In this document: positions 50,401 through 64,000 of the stretch, piece by piece
How positions within the stretch are numbered: the stretch's first letter is position 1
Layout: the number at the start of each line of letters is the position of its first letter
Assembly (NCBI GenBank): GCA_964035545.1
Contig: OZ037766.1
Span: 9,972,722-10,036,721, forward strand
DNA from: Bugula neritina
Taxonomy: Eukaryota > Animalia > Bryozoa
Reading direction: 5' to 3'
Length of the DNA stretch: 64,000 nt
Notes under the pieces: generated by a model
Seen by the model: the letters and a program-made list of their open reading frames with translations, nothing else
What the model was told of the DNA's origin: nothing
Databases searched by the model: none
Program-made: the position numbers and the translations under genes

Positions 50401-53318
50401 TTCGATAAAGAATGAAAGCATGCAATACTCGTCATAGGTGAGCTGAAGGTACCTGGAGAGGACTGTTACAGAGATGCCCATAAAGAACATACCACAGAAT
50501 CCAATTAGTACAGCGACTATTTGACTGCACACATTCACTGGAGACAGATCTCCATACCCTGTAATACAAACTTACCGTTAGAGACTTATAGAGCATGAAA
50601 TAAGCCAGTATACTGTATACTCATTAATAGCAGCATAACCAGATAATACAAGATATAATGGTTAATGATCTAGCAATGGAGAAATTTCAAAACCATTACA
50701 ATTCTTCTTATAATTTTACCAAAATAGTTGTAAGTTTATCGGACTAGACCTACTTTTTTAATTGAAATAAACTAAATGTTTGAAAAACTTGAATTGATGA
50801 AGCTTTGAATGGTCACAGATTTGATAAAATTTAGTATAATAAAACATAGACTGGCATAGGACTGACACCACAATTATATTGATGTGTCTGACCAGTTTTA
50901 AGTAAGGCTAATAGCTAATCATTGACATTTTAGCTTGACATTTGAAGATATTTCATATTTACCCAGAGATAAATCAAAAGCAGTATAAATGATACAAAAA
51001 CCAGCGTAATATCATTAATTCACTAACTAATGTTGATGCTTGTATCTTATTTAATATAAGAAGATATCATATATTCATATTTTATATGCAAGTTTCGACA
51101 AACATCATTAGTCATCACTAAAGAGCTTTTCTGATTCCCCAAGACACATTAATGAAAAAAGAAGACATAAAACAATTTAATCAAAAGATGTAGGATATAG
51201 GATTGTAATTTCTCTGAGTTTTGATATAAATGAGTTGCATTTCAAGTTTATTCCCATTAGACTTGTATAAGACATAGGAGTTAAGTTAATATGTATTGAT
51301 AGCTACTATCCATTCATCCTACACATCCAATAGATATTGTATATTATATATAAGTGCCTTTTTCCTACGACATAGCGTACGACAAATTACAAGAGTGTTA
51401 ATGTTAGGCTCTTTATTTCAGGCTGTTTTTTACTTTACTTTGCACATCACTAAAACTGTAATAATAATGATATCCAAAAACTGTTATCTGTTATTATCTA
51501 CAATTTCTGAAACTTGTGACAGATTTTTAAAGTTGCTTGGTGAAAATTTCAAATAGAATAATCTTAAGAACTATTAGAATTATGCATTGGCAGCTAAGAT
51601 GTTTATTATTACAGAATTAAACTCAACTGTTTATTATATCTGCAGTATGAAAATTTGTGTAAAAGGAGTTGCTCTGTCTTGTTTTTAAAATGTTTTTAAT
51701 CCTTAATCTATATATCTATGGGACACCATTGACACTATATTTTTATTAGGTCAGAGAAAAATTAGAATATTACTATCAAAGTTGATTTGCAGAATTAGTT
51801 CTCAACTGACCAATAAGCTTTCTTAGGTAAACATAAGTTGATTAGCGTTAGTTGACTTTGCTTATGAGTCAGTAACAATTTAATAGTTTTATCTGCAGTT
51901 ACTGCTGTTGTTTTTCAAGTTATAACAAGTAAGTAAATTAGTTTTAGTTTAATTGATGCAATAATTGTGCTGTGTTATTAGTGTTCAAGATATATTATAT
52001 AATCTCATGATTATATTATGATGCAATATATTACATAAATGCCCTAATGGGAGTTCATGAAATAACTGCCACAAGTGTTGGACCTAGTGATTCAATCACA
52101 TGCTTTAGATTAGTTGTGCAAATGAAACGCTTTGACTAGAACTTCATTAATTTTCTTCAATGTAACTAGCAATTCTGTACACTCACTTTTAAGGGAATGT
52201 TGAAAATAGGGTTGTGAGTTTTGCATAATCTATGACTCCTAATCTGCATCCAAATCAATAGGCATCATAGGAGAGGTGTTGATTTGGTAAATCAATGTAA
52301 TAATTCTTACATTACTGTTGAAGCTATAAAACATTATAATAATAAGCTCATCCTTTCGAAAATATTGTCATAGAAAAAAGGCAGCTAACTTACCTACAGT
52401 GAAGAATGTGATATAGACCACCCACAGAGAGTTATTAAACTGTGATATTTTCTTGTCAGATATATAGATGCACCATGCCGCAGTTGTAGTGCACATCAAA
52501 GCTACTAGACCCAAGAAGTAGCCTTTATAGATGGCCATATAAGATTTGAAGATAAATGTGAAGTTATATTTGGTCTGTGTTAAAGCTCCTAAACTGTAAC
52601 TTAGCATAGTTCTAAAAAGTCGGCTGTGCAGTACAACAAACCTAGCCACCTGGTAAACTCTAACAAGCATAACGATAGACAGCACCGCATCTATTTGACT
52701 AATTTTAATGTCCTTGCCAAAAGAAGTCTTTTCCACGAGATCTTCATCTCCGTTCTTTGTAAAACCAATTGTTGTTACATTAGATGCCATTGTTGAGCTC
52801 AGCATTTCATCTATTGTCATATGTTCTGAAACTAGAGTCTGCTTCCATGGGGTCTTGTATCCAACGCAAACAGGAAATGTATGTGGAATAGTTGCAAGAG
52901 TTTCGAGAAAAGTAAAGACTATTCGATGGGGGTTTACCAGCAAGACATTATAAAAGCTACTGATATTTCGTAAATTTCCAAATATCTCCAGTTGCACATA
53001 ATTGTAGATCCATAGAAACAAAATAAGCAGACCAGTGAAACTAGTAATAGCAGTTTTCATTGCGAGAGACGGTTTTGAGCATGCAGTGTACATATCTGAT
53101 ATCACCAACTGGTTATTAACCACCATTATTAGGATACTACCCAATGAAAATATGAACAGGCATTTTGAAATTGCCAATCGTAGTCTAAGTAACCTTTCTC
53201 TTCTGTATCTTCGGATTCTAAGCTTGCTTTCATCTTGCGACTCTTTAACCTCGTATCGGCGCATGGTTGCCGAGACCTGGTCTGCGATGTGATCCATTGT
53301 TGCTGAATCAGTACTCAT
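47433..53318 (-). CDS. Divergent small-conductance Ca2+-activated K+ channel (SK/KCNN-like); exons 53318-52394, 50558-50209, 47648-47433
   Basis: Six hydrophobic segments and an S4-like MLVRVYQVARFVVLHSRLF. The pore LWVVYITFFTVG|YGDLSP is rebuilt across the splice. S6 is followed by a calmodulin-binding-like LQKKLRESSAIIIQKAWKQYK and a C-terminal coiled coil. Confidence 0.88.
49567..49659 (-). repeat. Interspersed repeat fragment; inverted homolog at 61508-61599
   Basis: The reverse complement GTTGAAATTTTTGCGAGAACATA...TAGAACACAGGCTTTTCTCAGTTTCTCCATTACTGCACCTATCTCT aligns with 61508-61599. Confidence 0.85.
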
Positions 53319-54656
53319 TTTGAGGGATGTGTTGACTTGGTGCTATTGGCTACCAGTCCTGCACTTCATCTGTCTGTGTGTATAATAGCTGTGGGCACTT
53401 GTAGTGACAGCAGGTGTATGGAAGTAGCTATCACTGTTTAGCACATTTGCAGCCAGTAATTAAAGATGCATCTTCCACACTAGTTGTTCTGAAACACCAC
53501 AAGTTACTGCCTTTTAGAAAACTAACTGTAATATTAACAAGTGATCAGCTTAGAAATGATTGTTACCAGGTAGAGATTAAAAGTTTTCACCTTTAATTGT
53601 TCAAAATTGTAAGCCACATTCCAATGTAGAAAAAGCTTCTCACTAAACACGTGTCATGCATATGATATATAATGGCTAGCAATTGTTAGAAAAAATATTG
53701 AGTTACAAGAGTTATAGTTTTAGCACTAAGATTATTAAGCCAAACCAGATCAATATTTGTTCTTGAATGAATGTAAAGAATTATATTGACAAGTTTATAG
53801 GGTAATAGGCTATTAGTTATCCACCTTATGTTGAGTTTATGGATTATAATGCTGTAAGACTGAAAGATAAAAACAGTTTTTTGTTTACATACATGTTTGA
53901 GCAATTGGTGTCAAAATAAACATCAGATGATGCTGGGATTTATATAATAGTTTGCACTGCAAAATCCTAATGCAGTATTTTAATGATATGCAAACAGTCT
54001 ACCACTATTAGTAGGCTACTTGTAAAAGAATATAATCCTAAAATATCCTTGAATATAATATATATAAGTATTTTCAAAGATAAAAACTTAGTTTATTGTT
54101 TTCTCTTTCTAGCTATAAACTGCATTTTACTCATATGTGCCATGATGAAGTAAGTTTACTCTATACTTTTTTCTATATACAGAAAAAATGTGAATATACT
54201 TACAATGTTAGCTAATTGTTATCCATATCTAGGATTATCATTAATAGTCCTATCTTTTGCCCATACCTTGGCATTCAAAAATTGTAGTAACTGTGTAAAT
54301 GTAGTTTACATCGTGTATAATCTATACACTCCTGTTAATATTGATTTTAACTCCAACATCAACTCCTAACGATTGAAGCAACTATATAGATAATAGACTT
54401 GCTTCTGTGCTTTCGCTTCATTACTTTACTGTTTTCTTACTATAGAATGCATTTTTATATTTATTTGTCATGATAATGTGCACAAGTATTCCACTTTAAC
54501 ATTTAATCACGATAAAACTTAGATCAATACGAATCTGTATGACTATTAAAAGTTGTATTGCCCTTCTTAAAAAGAGAGCACAACACCTGATAAACCTGCT
54601 GTTGTATCCTAAGAAACTAACAGCTCAAAATGAGGACAACATTCAGATGCATAGTA

Positions 54657-55964
54657 GGGGTAACGGGGGCACAACGGTCATAGGGGTACAAAAAGCCGGC
54701 CAAATTGTGAGAGAACTTATTGACTTAGAGTGGTGATTTTTTTTTCATAAAAAGATATTGACATAATCATTCAGCCTTTGTAGTTTCAACACTTGCGGAA
54801 CATACGTGTTGAAAAGGCGAGTAAAAAACTGTTTTTACCTACTTTTTGTAATTTTTTTAGGATGTCGTTAAGGCCTTATAACTTTTTACACTCAAAGGCA
54901 AAAACCCTAGATTTTACTGAGATTGTTGCCATTGCTTGTCTCTACATTGCTTAACTAGTATAACAGCAGACACTGAAATAAATTTTCCTTGAGGCACATT
55001 TATTTTCAATTTGGCCACACGGGGCACAATGGGCCACGCTGACCGGGGCACAATGGGCCACCTGATTATTGCACCCTGATCACTGTTATTAGTTTGTTTG
55101 CCCAAAAAGTTGGTTGAACTGTTACTAAAATCTATAAATATAGCCATTTCTGACCTTTTTGTAAAATATCAAAGACATCATGGTAAGACTACAAAACTAC
55201 AAGTTGAAGCTCCCGTAATACATACATCTGGTGAGGTTAAAGCTTTGCCATTTTATACATAATACAAAACACTCTGCTGTTGCTACTAGTACATAGTCAT
55301 GATAATCATTATATATTACACCATTGAGGGAATATACATGCATTTGACTGAAATAAATTGTGATTTGCTCATTTGCTCCCCCCTCTCCCTTCCGTACTCC
55401 AGTCACAAACCTCAGCCATGCATGCACTTTAGCTACAGTTCATTGAAAAAAGTTCACTCAGAATTTTGTAGTACATGTTAGTAAAGTTCTTTTTTAATAA
55501 ACGTTGCTCTGAAGTGAAAATAACAAAACATTTTTAGTTTTAAACAGTAATGGTAATGGCACTGCAGAACCGAGTGACGTGCATTTGATTTTGCCTTCCT
55601 CTGCTAACCGTAGTAACACAAACTGTACAGCTAAAACATGAATTTTGCTGTAGATCTGAAAGAGAATCTTTATTTATTTGTAATATTAAATAAATAAAGA
55701 TCAGATGTAACAAAATATACGCAAAATTTCAATATATTTGTTGTGTCCCATTGTACCCCGGTACCGGGGCACAATGGGCCAATTTTTTTGTCGTGAACAT
55801 TTCATTATTCTGAAAGTTGTGAGAGAGATAGAAACAACAAACTGATACCTGTAATAGACAACATATGCAGCATTAAGACTAGAGATTATTGAACTAGTAA
55901 CTTGAAAAACAGACAAATGAGAGCAGCAAATGCAAAATTCGGCCCGTTGTGCCCCCGTTACCCC
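54657..55964. mobile_element. Non-autonomous DNA transposon (1308 bp), TA-flanked, probably Tc1/mariner-pogo type
   Basis: Perfect 21-bp terminal inverted repeats GGGGTAACGGGGGCACAACGG (54657-54677) and CCGTTGTGCCCCCGTTACCCC (55944-55964). TA on both sides, internal GGGGCACAATGGGCCA copies, no transposase ORF. Confidence 0.9.
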
Positions 55965-56991
55965 TATATAAGTAAATAAAACACAAAGTATGCTTATATA
56001 GCTTATAGGTTGCTGTCTTCTTTTTAAACTATAAAACCGGAATTGCATGAAATGCTATCATATTACATCTTGCATTGGTATGAATTTATCAAAAATTTGT
56101 CACTTGCAATACCTATGGAGTGCAATGTAATTTCAGAAAATCTATGTAGCCAAGATGTATAATATCAATAATTGTCTTTGCTGTTAAAATACTAGCTGTG
56201 ATTGGTTAAACGCCAAAAGTGAAAATATTATGCCTACTGTGAAAATTTATAAATATAGATAAAGAAAAACAAAAATATCATAAATTTGTCATGGAGTGAT
56301 GCATTGCCTCTTATATATATATTATATTATATTTGTGCAGCGGTTCAATAATTACGAAAAGTGTTAATTTGGATTGTAGATTTGTGGAGGAGAAAACTAC
56401 AATAATGTGTGATCTCTTCACTTCCCTTACCTATATGCACACCTTTACTTATGTGACAGTTTACTGACTTGAAGATAGAAAATTTCGAAAAAGGGGAATA
56501 TATTGGGGATGGAATTGGGTATCACGTATGACTTGATAATGATTTGTTTAATGTAAAACTAGCCTGCTTGATGAAACAACATTAAACTATATAGAATATA
56601 GTTTAATATAGTTTAGTGCTATAATACACAAAAAGTCAAAATAGGTTATGGTGCATACTCCTTACATTTGAAGGTAACTCAAAGAACTTTTCTAGTGATT
56701 ATATAAAAAATGATATCAATAAGTTGGAATAAACTAAACTACTACAGTGAATGCGTGTGGCACACCTGGATCTTTTGCCTATCATTAGTCAAGGATCAAC
56801 GTGATAACAGAAAGCAGACTATATTTACTTCACATGACATCCAGATAAAGTTAGGAGTGGTGAGCTCTAAGAAATATAAGGCCAGATAAGAAATCCACTT
56901 GTTGAGAACGAGACAAACTTTACTGATATTTTTCTGAGTTCTTTGTAATGAGCTCATTAACCTGTTATATAAGCTTATAACATCTTATAAC

Positions 56992-59900
56992 ATGGGTAAG
57001 TTTAGTTATATTGTATTCATCAATGTAGGTGATATTATATTATTTAGAACTGAGTATATTGAAAGATTTCTGAATTCTTTTAAGTTAATAATGTGCAATG
57101 AGTATTGACCTGTTCTACGTATATAAGTCAGTCCTATATAATATACTTCTATTCTATATATACTTCTATTCTATATATACTTCTATTCTATATATACTTC
57201 TATTCTATATATACTTCTATTCTATATATACTTCTATTCTATATATACTTCTATTCTATATATACTTCTATTCTATATATACTTCTATTCTATATATACT
57301 TCTATTCTATATATACTTCTATTCTATATATACTTCTATTCTATATATACTTCTATTCTATATATACTTCTATTCTATATATACTTCTATTCTATATATA
57401 CTTCTATTCTATATATACTTCTATTCTATATATACTTCTATTCTATATATACTTCTATTCTATATGTACTTCTATTCTATATGTACTTCTATTCTATATG
57501 TACTTCTATTCTATATGTACTTCTATTCTATATGTACTTCTATTCTATATGTACTTCTATTCTATATATACTTCTATTCTATATATACTTCTATTCTATA
57601 TATACTTCTATTCTATATATACTTCTATTCTATATATACTTCTATTCTATATATACTTCTATTCTATATATACTTCTATTCTATATGTACTTCTATTCTA
57701 TATGTACTTCTATTCTATATGTACTTCTATTCTATATGTACTTCTATTCTATATGTACTTCTATTCTATATGTACTTCTATTCTATATGTACTTCTATTC
57801 TATATGTACTTCTATTCTATATGTACTTCTATTCTATATGTACTTCTATTCTATATGTACTTCTATTCTATATATACTTCTATTCTATATGTACTTCTAT
57901 TCTATATGTACTTCTATTCTATATATACTTCTATTCTATATATACTTCTATTCTATATATACTTCTATTCTATATATACTTCTATTCTATATATACTTCT
58001 ATTCTATATGTACTTCTATTCTATATATACTTCTATTCTATATATGTGTGCATGCGTGCGTGCGTGCGTGCTTGCGTGTGTGTTCTATATATAGGGATCT
58101 GTTGTATATAGGTCTTTCCTATATGTTGACCTGTCCTATGTATTTTTCCTCTACAAAAAGTTCTAACTGTTATGACTATTGCTTAGATATCAACAATATT
58201 ATGATAGTTAACTATAATTACAAATCTATTATAAATAAAAAAATAGAAGTAAATATGTAAAAGTTTAAAGGTGTACAGTTTGTACATTAAACACCTCGCA
58301 ACTGCCTACAAGTTACATACATGTCTTGGTGATTTCTGCACTTTAGGTAACTTAACCATTTCAACTAAAGTTAGTTATCATGACTAATATTTGTTTGGCT
58401 TGAAAGTTTTAGAAAAGTATGTTTTAGGATAGCAACAACATTTTGATTAGATGTTTTTATGACCAATTTAATTATCAAAAGCAAAAAACTAGTAGTTATT
58501 TTTAGTATTAAGGATTTATTGAAAACTGGCATTTACTATAAAGTCTATTGAGGACAATTATTTAGAGCACAGTGCTAAAACTTAGATACTGCAATATTTT
58601 CAGTGTTCTCAACGCAAGCTTCAGAGACCAGCGGATCTGGTAGTCTTGATGAAATAGGAAATACAAAGAATCTCAGCACAGATGATCAGGAGGAAAAGCA
58701 GCATAACAGATGTGTAGATGTGAAAGTATTCCTGGTGCTCATGTGCTTATTTTCTGTGACTCAGGGTGAAAAATAGATTATATCTAGTTTGGATATGCAG
58801 TGATAAGCAATGCTTTACGAAATTACACAACTTTATCAAAAGAACTTGATGAGCTGAAATTCCTAAAGCGATTCCATCATAAAAAATGAACAAATATATC
58901 CTGTATGCATAAACATACTTTATATAATATTTATCAAAAATGTGAATTGAAAAATGTTGCATTTTCAGTTGCAAATTGACATTTCTTATTAAGCTTTCAT
59001 ACAGTTTCGTAGAGAAATAAGTAAGAATAATATTTCAAAGCACCCATGATCTTTTCTATATCTAATCAGTAGGTAGCTACAATATTATAAATGTAAGGAA
59101 GTCACAAAAATAAAGCAGTGCAATATGATATATAATTAAACTTGTTCAAGCATATCCATGTATAAATTGTGCCATATTGCAGGGTTTGCAATAAATGGTA
59201 TAAACAATGTAAATATTCCAATGTATGAAAGAAGATTTGGTTTGAGCAGCAAGCAAACAGGTTTAGAGGCCAGCTTTTATGACATCATAGCTGGTTGTAC
59301 TGTGAGTATTGTAATACATACCAATATGGGATTTCTTTTACTAAGTATAGCCAGCTGCTGATTCTGAAATCCTAAAACCTCATACTCGTATAGATATGAT
59401 AGAGAGAAATTTTAGCTTACGATCTGTAGATATTAATGCAACATTATTTTTTATTTAAGTTAGGTGTCTATACTCAAAACAAAGTATAATGATAACCTTC
59501 AACATTTGAACTTAATGTCTCAACTTGAGTTTATTTACAATTTTTACTATTCAAGGTTTTAATGGCAGGATACTTTGGTACGCAGTTTCATCAGCCCCGC
59601 CTATTGGGACTCGCATCATTATGTTTAGCCTTTGGATCTTTAGCGCTGGCTTCACCCCACTTTATGACGGGAGAGTATCAGCCAGTGACAACGGAGTCTC
59701 ATTTATGTAGCCCTGATCTGCGTGAGTATAAATATACCAAACAGAACAGATGCTCTGGGGCTATAATCATACTACTTCAATATATCATCCTACATTTGGC
59801 ACTTGCAAGTGCTCTGGCTGATTTATTTAAAAACAAAAATTTGCTTTGTATTATTAAGACTCAAGATGTTGTAGATGATACAGACAATTCCACAATATGT

Positions 59901-62900
59901 GAGAATGGAGGGCGGGACTTAAGCCGATATCTAGGAATGTTGCTGTTTGGACAGGGCCTACATGGACTCGCTGGCACTGTTCTATACTCCATAGCGCCGG
60001 CATTTATTGATGGAAGCGTATCAGCCAAGAGCTCTCCAGCCTACCTTGGTGAACCCCTCTATTCACTTTAACTAGCATAGTAGATCAAGGCTGAATGCTA
60101 AACTACAGTAAAACAAATAAACGTGTTTTTATTAAATATTGCTTGGTTAAACTAGAAAAATAAGTTTTGTAATTCGGGCTGTGGCAACATCTTTCAGTAC
60201 TTTATAGTCTGATCAACCGAGTAGTTTGTAACCCATTTTTGCACAGAATGAAGCCCTAAACTATCGCAATGTACAATGCTTGCAGATAGTTGTGGTGAAA
60301 AAAGAAAATGACTACTCATCAATAAAGCCTGTCCTCTGTGTTGAGGGAAAATCACTAATTTTATCTTTGTAATAAAATGCAATTTAAACTTGTTTATTTT
60401 ACCACGTGGTGTGCCCTAGCTTGTTGCAATACTACCAGATATTTTGTTGATGTTCTTAGTTCAAGCATTCAGCACATTTCATAAGTTTGTTTTAAGTTAT
60501 ATCCTCTCACGTATCTCTTGTATTCAGACACATAAATGTTATGTTATACACAATCAGATATGCTATGTGATATATTTACACATTATTTTGCCATATTGGT
60601 ACATTCTTGGGCTAAAGGTGTTTGTCTAATTAAAAATTACTTCAACTAAGCTGTTTTTTCTTCGCTCAAACCAATTGAATGGCAATCGATTTGTTTTTAT
60701 AATGCAAGATAACTTAGAGACTTGTTCATTCAGAGAAATTGAATGTTTTGCTAAAATTGTGAAGGTATAATTGCACCTTGATCAGAGAGTGAAGTGAATA
60801 TTATATCACATTATGGAGCAATGGCTACAACCATATCCCCTCCTTCCTTATCCTACTCACAAACATCTTATCATACACACAATCACCAGTTACTAGAGAT
60901 GCTTTCATCTGAAGAGTTGAAACTGAAACCATACAATATACTATCTTATCTTGTAGGTATTTTCTATGGGTCATCAGCTCTTGGACCAGCTATAGGCTAT
61001 GTATTAGGTGGCACATTACTAAACCAGTATGTGGATACTCCTAAAAGCCCTCCCAAGTATGTATACACAATTAAAATAACCTCATATAAAAAAATATACA
61101 AAAATATCTTTTGTACTTAATCTTTAAATCATTTTAGTAAGTAATTTCAATTTTAATCTTTTTACAGTGGTCTAACACCTGACAGCCCAGCATGGGTTGG
61201 AGCTTGGTGGATTGGATTTTTAGCCAGCTTTACGTCTTGTTTTCTATTATCACTTCCAATTTTCTTTTTTCCAAGAGTTCTTCCTGGTAAGTGATCATCA
61301 GTTTCTAATAATTCTTTTCTAACACCTTATACTAATCGAGACCCTATATCTTTACAGAGGCTTAGTCCTACAGTTTATCTCTGCTGGTAAAAAAAGTCAT
61401 GTTTGCAGCAGAAACTTGCTGGTTTTGCACTTATAGGAGCAGTAGTAGAGAAATTGAGGTAGCCTAAGCTCTTTAATTTTATTATTAAATTTTGGATCAA
61501 GGGGAAAGTTGAAATTCTTGCGAGAACATAACTTTTTTGCTGCATTTTTAATCTAGAACACAGGCTTTTCTCAATTTCTCCATTACTGCACCTACCTCTT
61601 GTTTTGATAGATTCTTCTTAATGACTTAACTTGTAGTAAAACTGCTAGTGTTTGGTTGGTCAGGTACTGAGGAGAGAAGGAAAAACAATGTTAGCCAGGC
61701 ACATGACCATTCAGATCAGCAGAAAGCAGATGAACCTGATTTTGGTGTTAGCATACGAGACATGCCAACGTCAATGATGATTCTGCTGAAGAACCCTGCT
61801 TTTGTCTGCCAATGCCTGATCAGCTCTGTCGAAGGTTTCTTGTTGAGTGGCTTGTCAACTTTTCTCCCAAAATTTATTGCCAATCAATACAACCAGACAA
61901 ACAGTTGGGCTGCAATGTTAACCGGTAAGCAAATGGGGAGCAGGAAAATGGAATGATAGGCTTTATCCCTAGTCAAAATAATAATAAAAAAAGTGATATA
62001 AAAATAATTAGCACAATAATTAATTGTAGTCTATAATATATGTGTGAGTTGCCCATTCAGCTGCTACACATATTTCATTTTATTATAGCTTCCTAATGAA
62101 TTAATTTGGTACAATATTGAACAAAAACCTTGGACCACCATTTTCATCATAACAGAAAGGTTTATTCTTCTCACCTGAATTCTTGCTTACGTTGAATGCT
62201 TATATTGATTGGATCGGAATTTTTGACACGCTTTTTATTTAGGATTTATCGCTGTACCCGGAGCTGCTTTCGGTCAATTTACTGGAGGAGTCATTGTGAG
62301 AAAGTTTAAACTAAAAGTCCGGGGCATTATAAGATTCAACATGGCGTGTACTGCGGCAGTTATTCTGCTTGTAGCAGTATTTTGGGCCAAGTGTGAACAA
62401 GGAGATGTTGCTGGAGTAACTGTTGCTTATACAAATAAGTACGCAAGTCATTTACTGCACATACGAATACATATTATAAGACATACAATTAGAGTTTCCA
62501 TGGCTAATAATGTGGAATGGTTAATGGTTAAAATTATTATTGTTATATAAAATTGTAGGCTACTTAAATTTTAAAAAAATTTGCTTGTTTTTTAACAACT
62601 ATACTAGTTTAAAATTAAAAAAGCTTCTATAATTACAATGTATATGGTTATTAATTACAACACAGAGCTGTCTTATTTTATAGTGAGCCAGTATCTTCAG
62701 TAAACTTAGCAGACAGTTGCAACAACAATTGTGGGTGTGACAAGTCAACTTACTCTCCAGTGTGTCTAGACGGTATAGAGTACTTCACACCTTGTCACGC
62801 TGGATGTTTAGAACACAGCAGCACAGACACTAAGGCAATTTCTCACTTATTAGTAATTAGCATTATCTTCACTCTATAGCATGCATAGACAAAACTAAAA

Positions 62901-64000
62901 GATCACTTCCAGTAGATGTATAAATGTACCACACTAGAGTGTAAATTGTACAATACAAATTTGTTCGAAGTTTTAAGTGTTGACATATTATATATTTATT
63001 TCAGAAGTATGTGAACTGTAGCTGTGCCATGAGTCAAGCTTCAAATATAAGCAGCATATTTTCATCATCGAATGGAACTATTAACGAAGCAGTTTTAGGA
63101 AAATGCAAATCCAATTGCAAGCTACTTTACGTATTTATTCCGGTGGTGTTTCTGGCCTTACTTGGTACTTTTATGATGGCTGTCCCTGGAACTACTATTA
63201 TTCTTAGGTATTGTAATATATTACTTCTAACAATAAACAGTTTTATCTTGTGCTCAACTAACATCTATAGTAGGCTAACACATACTATTCATTACTACAT
63301 AGTGTGCTCCTATCAAATTCACTGCAAATATTATGGGGTATTTATATAATTTTATCTAGGAGTGTCAATGATAAGCAGAGGACATTTGCTATCAGTATGC
63401 AACAGATGTGTATGAGATTTATAGGTAAGTGAAAAATTAGCTAATCTAAACTTGTTGGGTTTGTAAAGCTAGATGCACTGAAGCTCTCCTTGTCTTTCTC
63501 TTGGTTACAATAATATTTGAACTGCTCGTGAAGAAGGCGAAAGGAAAAGTGAAAAACTATAGCTGACTATATAATTTTGATGCAGTCAGAAGCCAAAATA
63601 TGATTTGTAGAAGACACATTTGCACACAGTAATTTTGATAGGCTGTCTCTGCGCTATGTGATAGTGGCTTTGCATTTACAGCAACGGTCTAAAAGTATTG
63701 GATAATAAGTTTGGAATAATACTAGTTAAATAATTTAACAGCATTGACCAACATTTTTATATACTCAAATCCTATGAACTATTTCAGTGATGACTACAAT
63801 ACTGCTGGTTAATCATTATATTAGTGTAATATGAAACAATTGAAATTCTTTTTCAGGAACAATTCCAGGTCCTTTGGTATTCGGTTACATCCTTGATCAG
63901 GTGTGCATAGTGTGGCAGGAGAAGTGCGGCAGTACTGGTTCGTGTTGGGTGTACAACAGCGAGCTCATGGGACAACACTTTTTCATAATGGGAGTTTGCG
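56992..64000 (+). CDS. Organic anion transporting polypeptide (SLCO/OATP family), 3'-truncated by the window; exons 56992-56995 (tentative), 58604-58765, 59183-59301, 59556-59721, ~59866/59875-60048, 60957-61056, 61168-61286, 61664-61924, 62243-62438, 62684-62834, 63005-63207, 63360-63424, 63857-64000+
   Basis: [27 protein letters not shown] signature [14 protein letters not shown], Kazal-like [51 protein letters not shown]. Confidence 0.95.
57141..58045. repeat. 17-bp satellite (TATATACTTCTATTCTA; variant TATGTAC...), about 53 copies, in SLCO intron 1
   Basis: Directly visible; about 905 bp / 17. A and G variants occur in blocks. Confidence 0.97.
61508..61599 (+). repeat. Interspersed repeat fragment, homolog of 49567-49659
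   Basis: See the paired feature. Confidence 0.85.

Noticed and set aside
57141-58045. CRISPR-like or heat-shock-element array
   Set aside because: No unique spacers and a eukaryotic context. The TTC units are direct repeats, not the alternating nGAAn/nTTCn of a heat-shock element.
57098-58260. Three long overlapping ORFs (337, 329, 259 aa) of [17 protein letters not shown] repeats
   Set aside because: Translation of a stop-free 17-bp satellite inside an intron; no evidence of coding.

Overview
AT-rich, intron-containing animal (invertebrate-like) genomic DNA. Host genes from left to right: CNEP1R1 (5' exons, minus strand), actin (minus), a PLP-dependent Ser/Thr dehydratase-family gene, ANKRD60, a type-I membrane Ig-domain gene, dynein light intermediate chain (DYNC1LI), a divergent SK/KCNN-like K+ channel (minus) and an OATP/SLCO transporter that runs off the right edge. 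The window holds two related Ty3/Gypsy LTR retrotransposons. One is complete and very young (21249-28696: identical 306-bp LTRs, ATAT target-site duplication (TSD), tRNA-Leu primer-binding site) and sits in an ANKRD60 intron. The other is the 3' end of a second element (1-2476) in a CNEP1R1 intron. Main finding: where env would normally be, both elements carry a spliced accessory gene. It has a 25-nt ATG micro-exon, a phase-1 GT-AG intron with a CTAAC branch point, and an exon encoding two zinc fingers, a basic patch and a coiled coil (270 vs 272 aa). The two elements are about 98% identical in integrase but strongly diverged in this gene and in their LTRs. This suggests an exchangeable module of regulator plus cognate LTR, reminiscent of complex retroviruses. 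Also present: a -1 frameshift cassette, a decayed Gag zinc knuckle, LTR hairpins with a compensatory change, a U12-type intron, three GC-AG introns, two non-autonomous DNA transposons and several satellites. All alignments and splice models were made by eye.
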